Shown: positions 9,915 to 19,315 of the stretch, one piece after another
Layout of the letters: each line of letters opens with the position of its first letter
Position numbering within the stretch: the stretch's first letter is position 1
Assembly (NCBI GenBank): GCA_963663545.1
Contig: OY760505.1
Coordinates: forward strand, 3,072,001-3,136,000
Direction: 5' to 3'
DNA from: Candidatus Delongbacteria bacterium
GTDB lineage: Bacteria; CAIWAD01
Length of the DNA: 64,000 nucleotides
Position numbers and translations under genes: made by a program
The notes under the pieces: model-generated
Database searches by the model: none
Told to the model about the DNA's origin: nothing
What the model saw: only the letters and a program-made list of their open reading frames with translations

Positions 9915-10822
9915 TGAATGCCGGCTTCCAGAGTGCGCTGACACGTATTGAAGTGGCTCTACCAGGGCGTTGCCAGCGTGATGCATCATTGGCAGAACTC
10001 AGTCACTGGCGCATCGGAGGCCCCGCGGCTCTCCTCGTTGTGCCCGAGAGTGCTGAAGAATTGTCACGCTTGCTAAGTGTTTGTGCTACACATGATCTGC
10101 CTTGGTGGATCGTTGGCCGCGGTTCCAACTTGCTTTTTGCCGACGAAGGACTGGCTGGTGTCGTGATACGGCTTGGATCGGGCTTCGAGAGAATGGAATT
10201 CGACAGCCCGTTCGTTACGGTCGGTGCGGCCTTGCGTGCGCGGCCCTTGAGCCTGGCGGCAGCTGAGCGTGGCCTTTCAGGATTGGAGTTCGCGGCTGGG
10301 ATTCCAGCTACCGTTGGTGGCATGTTGCGCATGAATGCAGGTGCGCACGGCGGCGAGATCAGTGGGCTGGTGCGTCACGTCAATGTTGTAGAACAAGACG
10401 GCACCCTGCGCACATTGAGTGCGGAAGAGATGGGGTTTGCATATCGCAAATGTGAGGCTCTGCAAAAGCGCATTGCGGTCGAAGCCGTGCTTGAACTTGG
10501 CATTGGTGATACCGCTTCCATTCAAGAATGCACACGTGAAATGCTGCGGCATCGTCGTGAGACACAACCGCTTGATTATCCTTCCTGCGGCAGTGTCTTC
10601 AAGCGACCGGCAACAGGAGCTCCCGGGCAATTGATTGAAGCGGCGGGACTGAAAGGACGAAAGATCGGTGGCATACGTGTGTCACAGATGCATGCAAACT
10701 TCTTCGTGAATGAAGGCGGTGGAAAGGCCAGAGATGTTCTGGCACTAGTTGAGCTAGTCAAGCAAGCGGTGCTTGAGCATAGTGGTGTGACACTCGAAGA
10801 GGAGTTCCACTATGTCCACTGA
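9914..10822 (+). CDS. murB: UDP-N-acetylenolpyruvoylglucosamine reductase
   Basis: RIGGPA, GRGSNLL, GIPATVGG..RMNAGA, QPLDYPSCGSVFKRP, HANFFVN. Confidence 0.96.
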   Translation: MNAGFQSALTRIEVALPGRCQRDASLAELSHWRIGGPAALLVVPESAEELSRLLSVCATHDLPWWIVGRGSNLLFADEGLAGVVIRLGSGFERMEFDSPFVTVGAALRARPLSLAAAERGLSGLEFAAGIPATVGGMLRMNAGAHGGEISGLVRHVNVVEQDGTLRTLSAEEMGFAYRKCEALQKRIAVEAVLELGIGDTASIQECTREMLRHRRETQPLDYPSCGSVFKRPATGAPGQLIEAAGLKGRKIGGIRVSQMHANFFVNEGGGKARDVLALVELVKQAVLEHSGVTLEEEFHYVH

Positions 10823-11600
10823 GCGACTGACTCGCAGCAAGCGTGCAAAGCTTCGTCAGCGCGAGCGCGGTGTTCGTCGTCTGCGTTCTTTGGTCTTGGT
10901 GATACTTGTTATCAGCATGCCAACGCTGCTCGTCTTCGGCATTGTGGACTGGTTGCCCAAGTTGAAGCACAGCCAGTTGTTTGCCGCTCGTGTTTGGACG
11001 GTGAAGGGCGTGTGTTACGCGGACGCAGACAAAATGCGCGATGAGCTGGACGCTGTTCTGGGTACGCCACTTGCTCTGATCGATTGCAACGCGCTCGCTG
11101 CAAAAGTCTGTAACGATCCGTGGATTGAAGATGTTCGTGTTACAGCCATGTACCCAAACAGACTTCACGTGCGCATTCGTGAGCAACACGCTATAGCATG
11201 GCTCACAGAGGGTGAACGCGTGCAGTGTGTTACAGCGGATGGTGAGTCACTACCGCTGCCGGGAAGTGGCAATTCGCTCGATCTTCCGGTGTTGGATCAG
11301 CGACAGATGACGGGCATGAATTCACATTTGGCTCTCAACGAGGCTTGTAGTGTCCTTTCCTACATGCGCGAGAAGCACCCTGGGATGTATGCCGATGTCG
11401 ATTGTATTACGTGGGGACCGCATCCCAGCATGAGCCTGGGAGTACAGGGTCCTTCGATATATCTGCATCCGGAGAACTGGCGGCACAGCCTAAGTCTGTT
11501 GGAGGCTGTGCGAGCAAAATCTCCTGAGCTACTGCAGGTCGCTGGAAGTCTTGATTTGCGCTTCACCAACCAAGTGGTATTGAGGAGGCGCAATGGTTAG
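10812..11600 (+). CDS. ftsQ: Cell division protein FtsQ/DivIB
   Basis: Basic N-terminus, TM helix, POTRA-like PWIEDVRV..YPNRLHVRIRE, terminal LDLRF.NQVV. Confidence 0.88.
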   Translation: MSTERLTRSKRAKLRQRERGVRRLRSLVLVILVISMPTLLVFGIVDWLPKLKHSQLFAARVWTVKGVCYADADKMRDELDAVLGTPLALIDCNALAAKVCNDPWIEDVRVTAMYPNRLHVRIREQHAIAWLTEGERVQCVTADGESLPLPGSGNSLDLPVLDQRQMTGMNSHLALNEACSVLSYMREKHPGMYADVDCITWGPHPSMSLGVQGPSIYLHPENWRHSLSLLEAVRAKSPELLQVAGSLDLRFTNQVVLRRRNG

Positions 11601-12873
11601 CAATATGCTGGGGGCTTTGGACCTGGGATCCAGTCGTGTTCTAGCACTGATCGGTGAAGTGCTGCCTGGCGGTCGTGTGCAGGTGCGCGGTGTTGGCCGT
11701 GCTCCATCACAGGGCATTCGTTATGGCACTCTGGTGGAGATGGCTCCCGCAATTGAGGCCGTCAAGAGCGCGGTTGCCGGTGCCGAGGATATGGCGGGAT
11801 GTGAGTTCCCGCCTGCCGTTGTGTCACTGGGTGGTGCGCACATCAACAGCCTCAACTCCCACGGTGGAGTTGCCCTTAATCCCGAGCAGTCAGCACAGGA
11901 AGCGGAAGTGGACGAGGACGCTCTTCTGGGTGTGCTGGCCAGTTCTCGAGCTGTTGAGCTGTCTCCGGACCAGTGTCTACTGCATGTGATACCGACACGT
12001 TTCCAGGTTGATCATCAGCCGGTCTGTCGTAATCCGCTGCGCCTGAGGGGTATGAAGCTAAGCGCTGACACACACTTGATTCTTGGTTCGGTGATGGCAA
12101 GAGCTAATCACGAATCCTGTTTGCAGCGCGCGGGCGTGCGTGTCCTGGACCTAGTTTGGTCGGGATTGGCATCGGCCAGCAGCTGTCTGCAACAGGTTGA
12201 GCTTGAAGAAGGCGTGCTGCATCTCGATCTGGGAGGTGGCACTTGCAGCGCTACTGTGTACAGGCGTGGCAAACTTGAGCACAGTTGGGTTCATCCAATG
12301 GGCGGTGAAGCTCTGGTGCAGGAGCTGGCCACCGTGTTACAAACCGCTCGCATTTCAGCTGAAAGATTGCTCGCTGAAAACGCTGTGGCCGATCCGGAGC
12401 TGCTTGCTGGAAGTGATCCCTTGGTTGTCGTCAAAGATGTACGTGGCCGCGGCCAGCACCGGATTCCTGTGTCACAGATTGCTGGCGTAACCAATGCCTG
12501 GCTCCTGGAGCTGTTTCGTCAGGTGCGTGAAGATGCGCGTAGTCTGGAACTGTTGAACGGCAAACTGCGTGCTTTGGTGCTTTCCGGTGGACTTGCTGGC
12601 ATTCACGGCATTGAGCAATTGGCTGAGTCCATGTTTGGACTGCCTGCGCGTAAGGGACTGCCGCGAGCCATCGATGGCCCGATGGGGATCCTTGGCGGGG
12701 GCTCCAGCACTTGTGCTGCAGGATTGTTGCTGATGGCGGCAGCGCGTCAGGGAGAGCTGAATTTCGAAGCCTTTCCTGCTGTGGGGGAGTTTGATCACCT
12801 GGGACTGAAGTCACGTCGCGAGGGGCGTACCTGGTGGGATGGCGTTGGCAAGCTGCTAAGGAGGAAGAGATGA
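11593..12873 (+). CDS. ftsA: Cell division protein FtsA, paralog 1
   Basis: ALDLGSSRV, DLGGGTC, VLSGG actin-fold motifs; 1C-subdomain LHVIP..FQVD..NPL; C-terminal amphipathic WWDGVGKLLRRKR. Confidence 0.88.
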   Translation: MVSNMLGALDLGSSRVLALIGEVLPGGRVQVRGVGRAPSQGIRYGTLVEMAPAIEAVKSAVAGAEDMAGCEFPPAVVSLGGAHINSLNSHGGVALNPEQSAQEAEVDEDALLGVLASSRAVELSPDQCLLHVIPTRFQVDHQPVCRNPLRLRGMKLSADTHLILGSVMARANHESCLQRAGVRVLDLVWSGLASASSCLQQVELEEGVLHLDLGGGTCSATVYRRGKLEHSWVHPMGGEALVQELATVLQTARISAERLLAENAVADPELLAGSDPLVVVKDVRGRGQHRIPVSQIAGVTNAWLLELFRQVREDARSLELLNGKLRALVLSGGLAGIHGIEQLAESMFGLPARKGLPRAIDGPMGILGGGSSTCAAGLLLMAAARQGELNFEAFPAVGEFDHLGLKSRREGRTWWDGVGKLLRRKR

Positions 12874-14147
12874 TCGCGGGTAAAGAAAGCGCCAACTGCA
12901 TCGTCGACCTGGGGGCTTCCCATGCAAGTGCCTTGATCGTCGGGCGCCGTGATACAGGGCTTCCGCGCGTTCTGGGCGAGGGCCGTTGTGCTATGTCCGG
13001 ACTACGCCAGGGACAGGTTGTAGCACCACAGGAAGTAGCCGACGCCATTGGCGCTGTTGTCGACGAGGCCGAGCAGCGCGCCGGCGTGCATATCGATCAG
13101 GTTCACCTGGTTGTCGGTTGGGCAGGCTTACGCAGCGAGGATCTGCGTAGTACCTGCACCTTGAGTCGCAATCCGCGAGATCTTGAAGCCTGCGAAGTGC
13201 GAACTCAGCACCTTGAAAAGCTGCACCAGGATTCGCTGACGGGTGACCATCTGGCCATTGACCGCGTTGTAATGCACTCGATGCTTCAGGAATACATCGT
13301 TGACGGAGTCAGTGGAGTACAGAGACCGCTCGGTGTGAAGGCCATGAGGCTCGTGGCGCGTCATCACGTCGTGGACGGTCCAATGCTTCTCAGTGACAAT
13401 CTACGACGCTGTGTGGAACACGCTGCACTTGGCTGCGCGAGTATCACGGCCAATCTGGTTCCTGCCACTGAACTATTGCTGGACGAGGACGAGAAGGAGC
13501 TAGGCGTCGTCCTTGTAGATCTAGGTGCCGAGAGTACATCGCTGCTTGTGTGTCACGGAGGCGCACCGGTATTCAGCACTTCCATTCCTGTAGGAGCTGG
13601 ATCCATCAGCCGTGACATTGAAAAGGCCTTTCACTGCGGACGTGATACAGCTGAACGCATGAAGCGTGAGCACGGCGTTTGTGATCTACGCGCTCTCAAC
13701 ACGGATCACACCTTTGAAGTGCCAGCCAGTGCCAGCCTGCCTGCGATGCGAATGACGCAAAGCCAGCTCTGTCAGGTGATACAACCTCGCATGGAGGATG
13801 TCCTGGAAATGATCCATGAGCGGCTCTGCCAGGCCGATCTCCGTTACCGTTTGGGAGCGGGGATGGTGCTGATCGGCGGGGGCGCTTGTCTGAGCGGCTT
13901 GGTGGGCATGATGCGCAATTACTTTGCGCTACCCGTGAGACAGGGCTTTGTTGGTTCGGGCATTGAGTGTCCGTTACACATGAATGGAAATGACGGCGGT
14001 GTGCAGGGCCTGGCTTGGTCGGCCACTCTCTGCGCAGCCATGCACAATGCGGGCATGACCTCGCGTCGCGTGCTGGGCTGGCGTCCCTTTCTGCGCAGCA
14101 TTCGCAATCTGCTGGGCGGGAAATCGGGTGCCGCTGCCATGTACTAG
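12870..14147 (+). CDS. ftsA: Cell division protein FtsA, paralog 2
   Basis: VDLGASH, QEYIVDG..RPLG, LLDEDEKELGVVLVDLGAEST, AERMKREHG, VIQPRMEDVL, GMVLIGGGA.LSG; ATG overlaps the ftsA1 stop. Confidence 0.88.
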   Translation: MIAGKESANCIVDLGASHASALIVGRRDTGLPRVLGEGRCAMSGLRQGQVVAPQEVADAIGAVVDEAEQRAGVHIDQVHLVVGWAGLRSEDLRSTCTLSRNPRDLEACEVRTQHLEKLHQDSLTGDHLAIDRVVMHSMLQEYIVDGVSGVQRPLGVKAMRLVARHHVVDGPMLLSDNLRRCVEHAALGCASITANLVPATELLLDEDEKELGVVLVDLGAESTSLLVCHGGAPVFSTSIPVGAGSISRDIEKAFHCGRDTAERMKREHGVCDLRALNTDHTFEVPASASLPAMRMTQSQLCQVIQPRMEDVLEMIHERLCQADLRYRLGAGMVLIGGGACLSGLVGMMRNYFALPVRQGFVGSGIECPLHMNGNDGGVQGLAWSATLCAAMHNAGMTSRRVLGWRPFLRSIRNLLGGKSGAAAMY

Positions 14148-14218
14148 GGATTGGAGCGAAGGACAGCTGGAGCTGGACTATCGCGTGAGACATGATCCTA
14201 TGCTTGGGGGTTTACGAC

Positions 14219-15520
14219 ATGTCGGATCTGTTATTTGAGTACGATGCCACTGCCACCGGCGGAGTGCAAATCTTGGTTGTCGGGGTCGGAGGCGCCGGTG
14301 GGAATGCGGTCAACCACATGGTTGAAAGCAACCTTAGCGGCGTTCAGTTCGCCGCAATCAACACGGACGTGCAGGCGTTGATGCACAATATCGCACCAAC
14401 GCGTCTGCAGATAGGGCGTCAATTGACGCGTGGGCAAGGCGTGGGAGCGGACATCGAGCTCGCGCGGTTGGCCGTGGAGGAGAGCCAGGCCGAACTGGAA
14501 GCTCTGGTGCAGGGACAGGATCTGGTGTTCATCACTGCCGGTATGGGCGGTGGTACGGGCACGGGCGCCGCACCGGAGATTGCACGCATGGCGCGTGAAG
14601 CGGGTGCCCTAACCATCGGAGTTGTAACACGGCCCTTTGCTTTCGAACAAGGTAGACGCATGGCACGCGCTGAGGCCGGCATTGCCGAGTTACGCAAGCA
14701 TGTAGACACGCTTATCGTGGTCTCCAATAACAACCTGTTGCAGATTGTCGAGGAGCACACTGTATTACGCGAAGCCTTTCGTGTGGCCGACGATGTGCTG
14801 CTCTCAGCAGTGCGTGGTGTTACATCGCTGATTACCAGCACCGGCTTGATCAATCTGGATTTCGCCGATGTGCGCACGGTCATGGGCATTCCCGGTGACG
14901 CCGTGCTGGGTACGGGAACGTCCAGTGGAACCGATGCCGCCTTGCACGCCACACACATGGCGATCTCCAGTCCACTACTGGACGAGAACTCCATTCGTGG
15001 CGCGCGTGCCCTGCTGATCAACATCAGCGGCGGGGACCGTCTCACACTATCCGATATCAACGCTGCGGCCACTGTTGTAACACGGGAAGTGGGCGAGGAT
15101 GTGGAAGTCTTCTTTGGTGCTACGGCTACGGACGACGATCAGGAAGCGATTACTGTCACTGTAATCGCTACGGGTCTGGACCCCGATCGCAATCAACTTA
15201 GTAGCCCTCGTAGCCCGATGAGTATTCCAGTGAATGTGCGACCGCACCGTCCGCAGGCTGTGCCACTACGCACGGCACCACGTGAACAGCGTGTACACAG
15301 GGCGGAAGCTGCGCAGGAGACAAGCGCGCAGCCACAGCAGAACCTGCTTATCGACTGGATGGATGGCCAGGAGCGCCCCGCATCACCACTCTTTACACAT
15401 GCCGAGAGTGTGCGCAATCATCCAAAGGTTCAGGAAAACAGTCCTCGCATGCTTGGTCGGCGTGACGAGGAGGATACCGATCGGGAAACCCCGGCATTTC
15501 TGCGACGCAGCATGGACTAA
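14219..15520 (+). CDS. ftsZ: Cell division protein FtsZ
   Basis: GVGGAGGNAV, NTD.QAL, GMGGGTGTG tubulin signature, INLDFADV, C-terminal TPAFLRR; alternative start at 14192. Confidence 0.98.
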   Translation: MSDLLFEYDATATGGVQILVVGVGGAGGNAVNHMVESNLSGVQFAAINTDVQALMHNIAPTRLQIGRQLTRGQGVGADIELARLAVEESQAELEALVQGQDLVFITAGMGGGTGTGAAPEIARMAREAGALTIGVVTRPFAFEQGRRMARAEAGIAELRKHVDTLIVVSNNNLLQIVEEHTVLREAFRVADDVLLSAVRGVTSLITSTGLINLDFADVRTVMGIPGDAVLGTGTSSGTDAALHATHMAISSPLLDENSIRGARALLINISGGDRLTLSDINAAATVVTREVGEDVEVFFGATATDDDQEAITVTVIATGLDPDRNQLSSPRSPMSIPVNVRPHRPQAVPLRTAPREQRVHRAEAAQETSAQPQQNLLIDWMDGQERPASPLFTHAESVRNHPKVQENSPRMLGRRDEEDTDRETPAFLRRSMD

Positions 15521-15562
15521 GTCGCATATCAGGATAAGACCAACCCCCAGCATGAGGCGCAT

Positions 15563-16218
15563 GCGCCTCTACCGAAAAACCGGCCAAGGCCGGTTTTTCA
15601 TTGTCCGGCAAACGGCGGCACACGCAAGAGGACGTGATGTTCGTGATTTTGAGACACTACGCTTCAGGGAGGCGAGCGCCTCTACCGAAAAACCGGCCAA
15701 GGCCGGTTTTTCATTGTCCGGCTAACGGTGGCATACGCAGCTTGGAGGTCTTGTTCGGGATTGTGAAACACTACGCTTCAGGGAGGCGAGCGCCTCTACC
15801 GAAAAACCGGCCAAGGCCGGTTTTTCATTGTCCGGCTAACGGTGGCATACGCAGCTTGGAGGTCTTGTTCGGGATTGTGAAACACTACGCTTCAGGGAGG
15901 CGAGCGCCTTTGGAGCCTGACGAACCTGGCCACTTCGCGATCTTTATCGCTTCTGCTTGGCTGAGCGCGCGCGGACTTCTTGAGCATCCACTCCAGGATG
16001 CTCAGCGAAACCCGCGCACCTTCTCCCTGCGCATAAGCGCGAATCTCATCGAAGGTCCAGATTCGACAGGCTCCCTGAAAAACCGGCCAAGGCCGGTTTT
16101 TCATTGTCCGGCAAACGGTGGCACACGCAAGAGGACGTGATGTTTGTGATTGTGAGACACTACGCTTCAGGGAGGCGAGCGCCTTTGGAGCCTGACGAAC
16201 CTGGTCACTTCGCGATCT
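15563..16218. repeat. Tandem ~114-bp hairpin-containing repeat array with an inserted inverted-repeat-flanked segment
   Basis: Units start at 15563, 15676 and 15790, with a fourth copy from 16077; each carries GAAAAACCGGCC-AA-GGCCGGTTTTTC (15574, 15687, 15801, 16077). Confidence 0.92.
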
Positions 16219-16285
16219 TCACATCAGATATCGCTCGCGCTTCTTGCTTCTTCAGAACAGTCTTCATATTATTGTCGTCTTGTAC

Positions 16286-16359
16286 GCCTCCGTAGCTCAG
16301 GTGGATAGAGCAACGGTTTCCTAAACCGTAGGCCAGAGGTTCGAGTCCTCTCGGGGGCA
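16286..16359 (+). tRNA. tRNA-Arg (CCT)
   Basis: Cloverleaf: GCCTCCG/CGGGGGC acceptor, GCTC/GAGC D-stem, ACGGT-TTCCTAA-ACCGT anticodon arm, AGAGG-TTCGAGT-CCTCT T-arm; CCA not encoded. Confidence 0.96.
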
Positions 16360-16421
16360 TGGGCCAGGAGGCATTGAGGCGTGAACCCGTGCCGCATGAA
16401 CGGCAAGATGTTGGAGCTGGA

Positions 16422-17102
16422 ATGAGTCTGAACAGCCACGATCTTCACGAAGAACTTGAGCATGATGCCTTTGTTGAGGGTGCACTGAAGGGCGCAGAGT
16501 TCGTCAATCGCAATAAGCTTCCCCTGACGATCGCATTGGTTGTGTTACTTGCGCTGGCTTTTGCTGGTGCGTACTTCGTACGTAATCATCAGTTGAATGA
16601 GTCTCGTGCCCAGGTGCTGATGAACCGCGGCGTGATGCTGTATGGCGAAGGCGAGTTCGACGCAGCCTCCACCTGGTTTGAGCGTGTCACATCCGAGTAT
16701 GCTGGCACTTCGGCTGGCGAAGAAGCTGCCTATTATACGGCTGCACTGGCTCTCCGCAAGGGTGAGCTTGAGCAGGCGCGTACTGCATTTGAAGCCTTCA
16801 TCGCCAAGGGCTCTGCCAACGGATTCCTGTTGGCTGCCGCTCATGGTGGTGTAGCCGCGACCTTTGAGCGCGAAGGCAACTGGAAGTCTGCGGCCGAAGC
16901 CTGGCAGAAGGCGGCCAACACTCGTAGTGAGCAGAACTTCAATCAGGCTCAGCAGCTCTTTAATGCGGCCTTGTGTTGGGAGAAGGCTGGCGAAGCGGCC
17001 AAGGCCAAGAGCCTGGTTGATCGTTTGCTGGAAGAGTATCCCACGAGTTCTTTAAAGAGCAGGGCAGAAGTGGTGCAGAAGAGGCTCGACACCATGATGT
17101 AG
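16422..17102 (+). CDS. Membrane-anchored tetratricopeptide-repeat protein (YfgM-like)
   Basis: N-terminal TM helix followed by TPR helices (AAYY.A, AKSLVDRLLEEYPTS); start placed downstream of the tRNA. Confidence 0.8.
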   Translation: MSLNSHDLHEELEHDAFVEGALKGAEFVNRNKLPLTIALVVLLALAFAGAYFVRNHQLNESRAQVLMNRGVMLYGEGEFDAASTWFERVTSEYAGTSAGEEAAYYTAALALRKGELEQARTAFEAFIAKGSANGFLLAAAHGGVAATFEREGNWKSAAEAWQKAANTRSEQNFNQAQQLFNAALCWEKAGEAAKAKSLVDRLLEEYPTSSLKSRAEVVQKRLDTMM

Positions 17103-17223
17103 TTCGCTTCTATCCCGCCGGATTGTCGGCGGCACCGGTACGCGTCCGGGTTGTCTGGTCGCGTACTGCCTGCGGAGAGTCGCAGGCGCCCCTCACTGGG
17201 TGTGTGCCGTTGTGACGGGATGC

Positions 17224-17244
17224 AGTGGGCTTTGCCCACTTTTT
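17224..17244 (+). promoter_or_regulatory. rimP leader hairpin
   Basis: AGTGGGC-TTT-GCCCACT followed by TTTT just before rimP; resembles the widespread rimP leader stem-loop. Confidence 0.65.
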
Positions 17245-17259
17245 ATTTACGGAAGAATC

Positions 17260-17724
17260 ATGCTGGATTTGGATCACATACGTAGAAGAGTCGAAGAGCA
17301 GGTGATACAAGAGCCGCTCTTTCTAGTCGGCCTCGAGTTGACCGGGGGCGGCGGTGCGCGTGTTCTACGTTTTCTGGCCGACAGTGATACAGGCATCACC
17401 GTGGACCAGTTGGCAGGGTTGAACCGGGCCATCGGCAATCTGCTGGACGAAGAGGACCTGGTGCCCTTCAGCTACCGGCTTGAAGTCTTTTCGCCCGGCC
17501 TGGATCGTCCGCTGACTCACGAACGACAGCTCAAGCGCCACGTGGGCATGCGCGTGCGCGTGTGTTACAAAGAGACTGCGCAGGATGAGGAAGCGCCGCG
17601 CTGGATCACGCTGACGGGCCGCCTGCAGAGCCTGGACGAAAGCCAGCTCTGTCTTGCCACGGACAAGGGCGAAGTGCTGATTGAGAGAAACGAGATCAAA
17701 GATATCCACTGCGAACTGCAGTAG
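17260..17724 (+). CDS. rimP: Ribosome maturation factor RimP
   Basis: LRFLADSDTGITVD, YRLEVFSPGLDRPL; upstream of nusA. Confidence 0.93.
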   Translation: MLDLDHIRRRVEEQVIQEPLFLVGLELTGGGGARVLRFLADSDTGITVDQLAGLNRAIGNLLDEEDLVPFSYRLEVFSPGLDRPLTHERQLKRHVGMRVRVCYKETAQDEEAPRWITLTGRLQSLDESQLCLATDKGEVLIERNEIKDIHCELQ

Positions 17725-17746
17725 TAGTTGAAGAGGAGTGCGCCCG

Positions 17747-19279
17747 ATGAAGGGAGCCCAGAAGAACGAGGCTTACACCATTGTAGATGCCGTGATCGAC
17801 TTGCTGGAGAGCAAGAGCATCGATCGTCAGGATTTCCAGGAAGTGGTGGAGTCGGCCTTCATCTCCGTGCTGAAGAAGAAGTACGACGCGGAGGATTCTT
17901 TCTACGTCACCTTCAACCTGGATAAGGGCGACATCGAGATCTATCGTGAGTGGCAGATCGTGGCCGACGGCGAGGTCGAGAGCGAGCACCTCGAGATGGA
18001 ACTCACCCGCGCACAGGAGCTGGATCCGGAACTGGAAGTGGGCGATGAGTACGTCGAGATCATCGACTACCGCACCTTCGGGCGCCGCACCATCACCAAC
18101 CTGAAGCAGGCGCTGATGCACAAGATCCGCGAGATCGAGAAGAACGCGGTGTACGAGGAGTACAAGGATCGCGTCGGCGAGATCATTCATGCGGACGTGC
18201 ACCAGGTGGATCGTGGTCGTGGCGTGATTCTCAACATCGACCGCACCGAGTTTCGCATGCCGCCCAATGAGCAGGTGCGCAGCGAAAAGTATCACCGCGG
18301 TAGCAGCCTGCGTGTCCTGATCAAGGAAGTGCGTCGCGAGAACAACCGCGACCCGGAGATCATTGTATCACGCGCCGATCCCAATTTCATCCGTCGCCTT
18401 TTCGAGGTGGAAGTGCCTGAGATCGCCGAGGGCATTATTCAGATTCGCCGCATCGCCCGCGTACCAGGACGTCGTACCAAAATCGCCGTGGAGTCCAACG
18501 ACCCGCGCATCGATCCGGTGGGCTCCTGCGTTGGCATGAAGGGTGTGCGAATTCAGGCCATCGTGCGCGAGCTGGACAACGAGAAGATCGACATCATCAA
18601 TTACAGCAGCGACGCCGAGTCCTTCATCAAGAAGGCCATGAGCCCCAACAAGCCACTGCAGGTGCGCCTGCTGGGCGACAATCGTGCGCTGGTGGTGTTG
18701 TCCGACGAAGAATACAACAAGATGATCGAGCGTCAACAGCGTCGCTGGGAAACGCGCAACGAGGGCGAGGAATTTGCCTTCATGCCGAACGAGGACATGG
18801 TCTTCCGTTTGGCGAGCGAGATTTCCAACTACCAGCTCGAGCTGATCAACGAGACGGAACACATCGCCCGCCAGCTCCACGAAGAGGAGATCGAAGAGGA
18901 GCTGGGTATCACGGATGTGATGGGTGTGAGCGAGGAAGTCTCCAGCAAGCTGATCGACGCTGGCTACTACCTGGCCGAGAAGATGCTGGATGTGCCGCTG
19001 GAGACGCTGGCCGAGAAGTCCGGCCTGCCACTGGAAGTGCTGCGTCAGACGCGCCGTCTGGTTTCGTCTTATTTCCAGGATTTCAAGATCGCCGACGTGG
19101 TCGACTTGCCGCGTGCCTACAAAGAGGCCCTGATGGTCGCCGGTTACATTTACGTCGAGGATTTCCTCAACGCACGTTCCGACGAAGCCATCGAGCGCAC
19201 GGGTTTGACCGAAGACGATCTGGTGGAAGTGATGAGTATCCTCGCCGACTTCGACAGCCAGTCGAGCGACGAGGACTAA
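17747..19279 (+). CDS. nusA: Transcription termination/antitermination factor NusA
   Basis: FGRR, S1 domain, VSRADP..IRRLFEVEVPEI, RTKIAV..DPVGSCVGMKGVRIQAIVREL.NEKIDII; acidic C-terminal repeats. Confidence 0.96.
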   Translation: MKGAQKNEAYTIVDAVIDLLESKSIDRQDFQEVVESAFISVLKKKYDAEDSFYVTFNLDKGDIEIYREWQIVADGEVESEHLEMELTRAQELDPELEVGDEYVEIIDYRTFGRRTITNLKQALMHKIREIEKNAVYEEYKDRVGEIIHADVHQVDRGRGVILNIDRTEFRMPPNEQVRSEKYHRGSSLRVLIKEVRRENNRDPEIIVSRADPNFIRRLFEVEVPEIAEGIIQIRRIARVPGRRTKIAVESNDPRIDPVGSCVGMKGVRIQAIVRELDNEKIDIINYSSDAESFIKKAMSPNKPLQVRLLGDNRALVVLSDEEYNKMIERQQRRWETRNEGEEFAFMPNEDMVFRLASEISNYQLELINETEHIARQLHEEEIEEELGITDVMGVSEEVSSKLIDAGYYLAEKMLDVPLETLAEKSGLPLEVLRQTRRLVSSYFQDFKIADVVDLPRAYKEALMVAGYIYVEDFLNARSDEAIERTGLTEDDLVEVMSILADFDSQSSDED

Positions 19280-19315
19280 GCCCGGTTCGGGCCGATTGAC
19301 AGAAGCGGGGTACGA

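Noticed and set aside
15716..15840. Integron attC sites (GGCTAAC ends)
   Set aside because: No complementary GTTRRRY end, no cassette ORFs between repeats and no integrase.
15601..16140. 179-aa ORF with internal repeats
   Set aside because: It arises from the 114-bp (multiple of 3) hairpin repeat; TTG start and no protein-like features.
15563..16218. Possible CRISPR array
   Set aside because: Units are ~114 bp, the variable parts are homologous or identical rather than unique spacers, and no cas genes are in the window.
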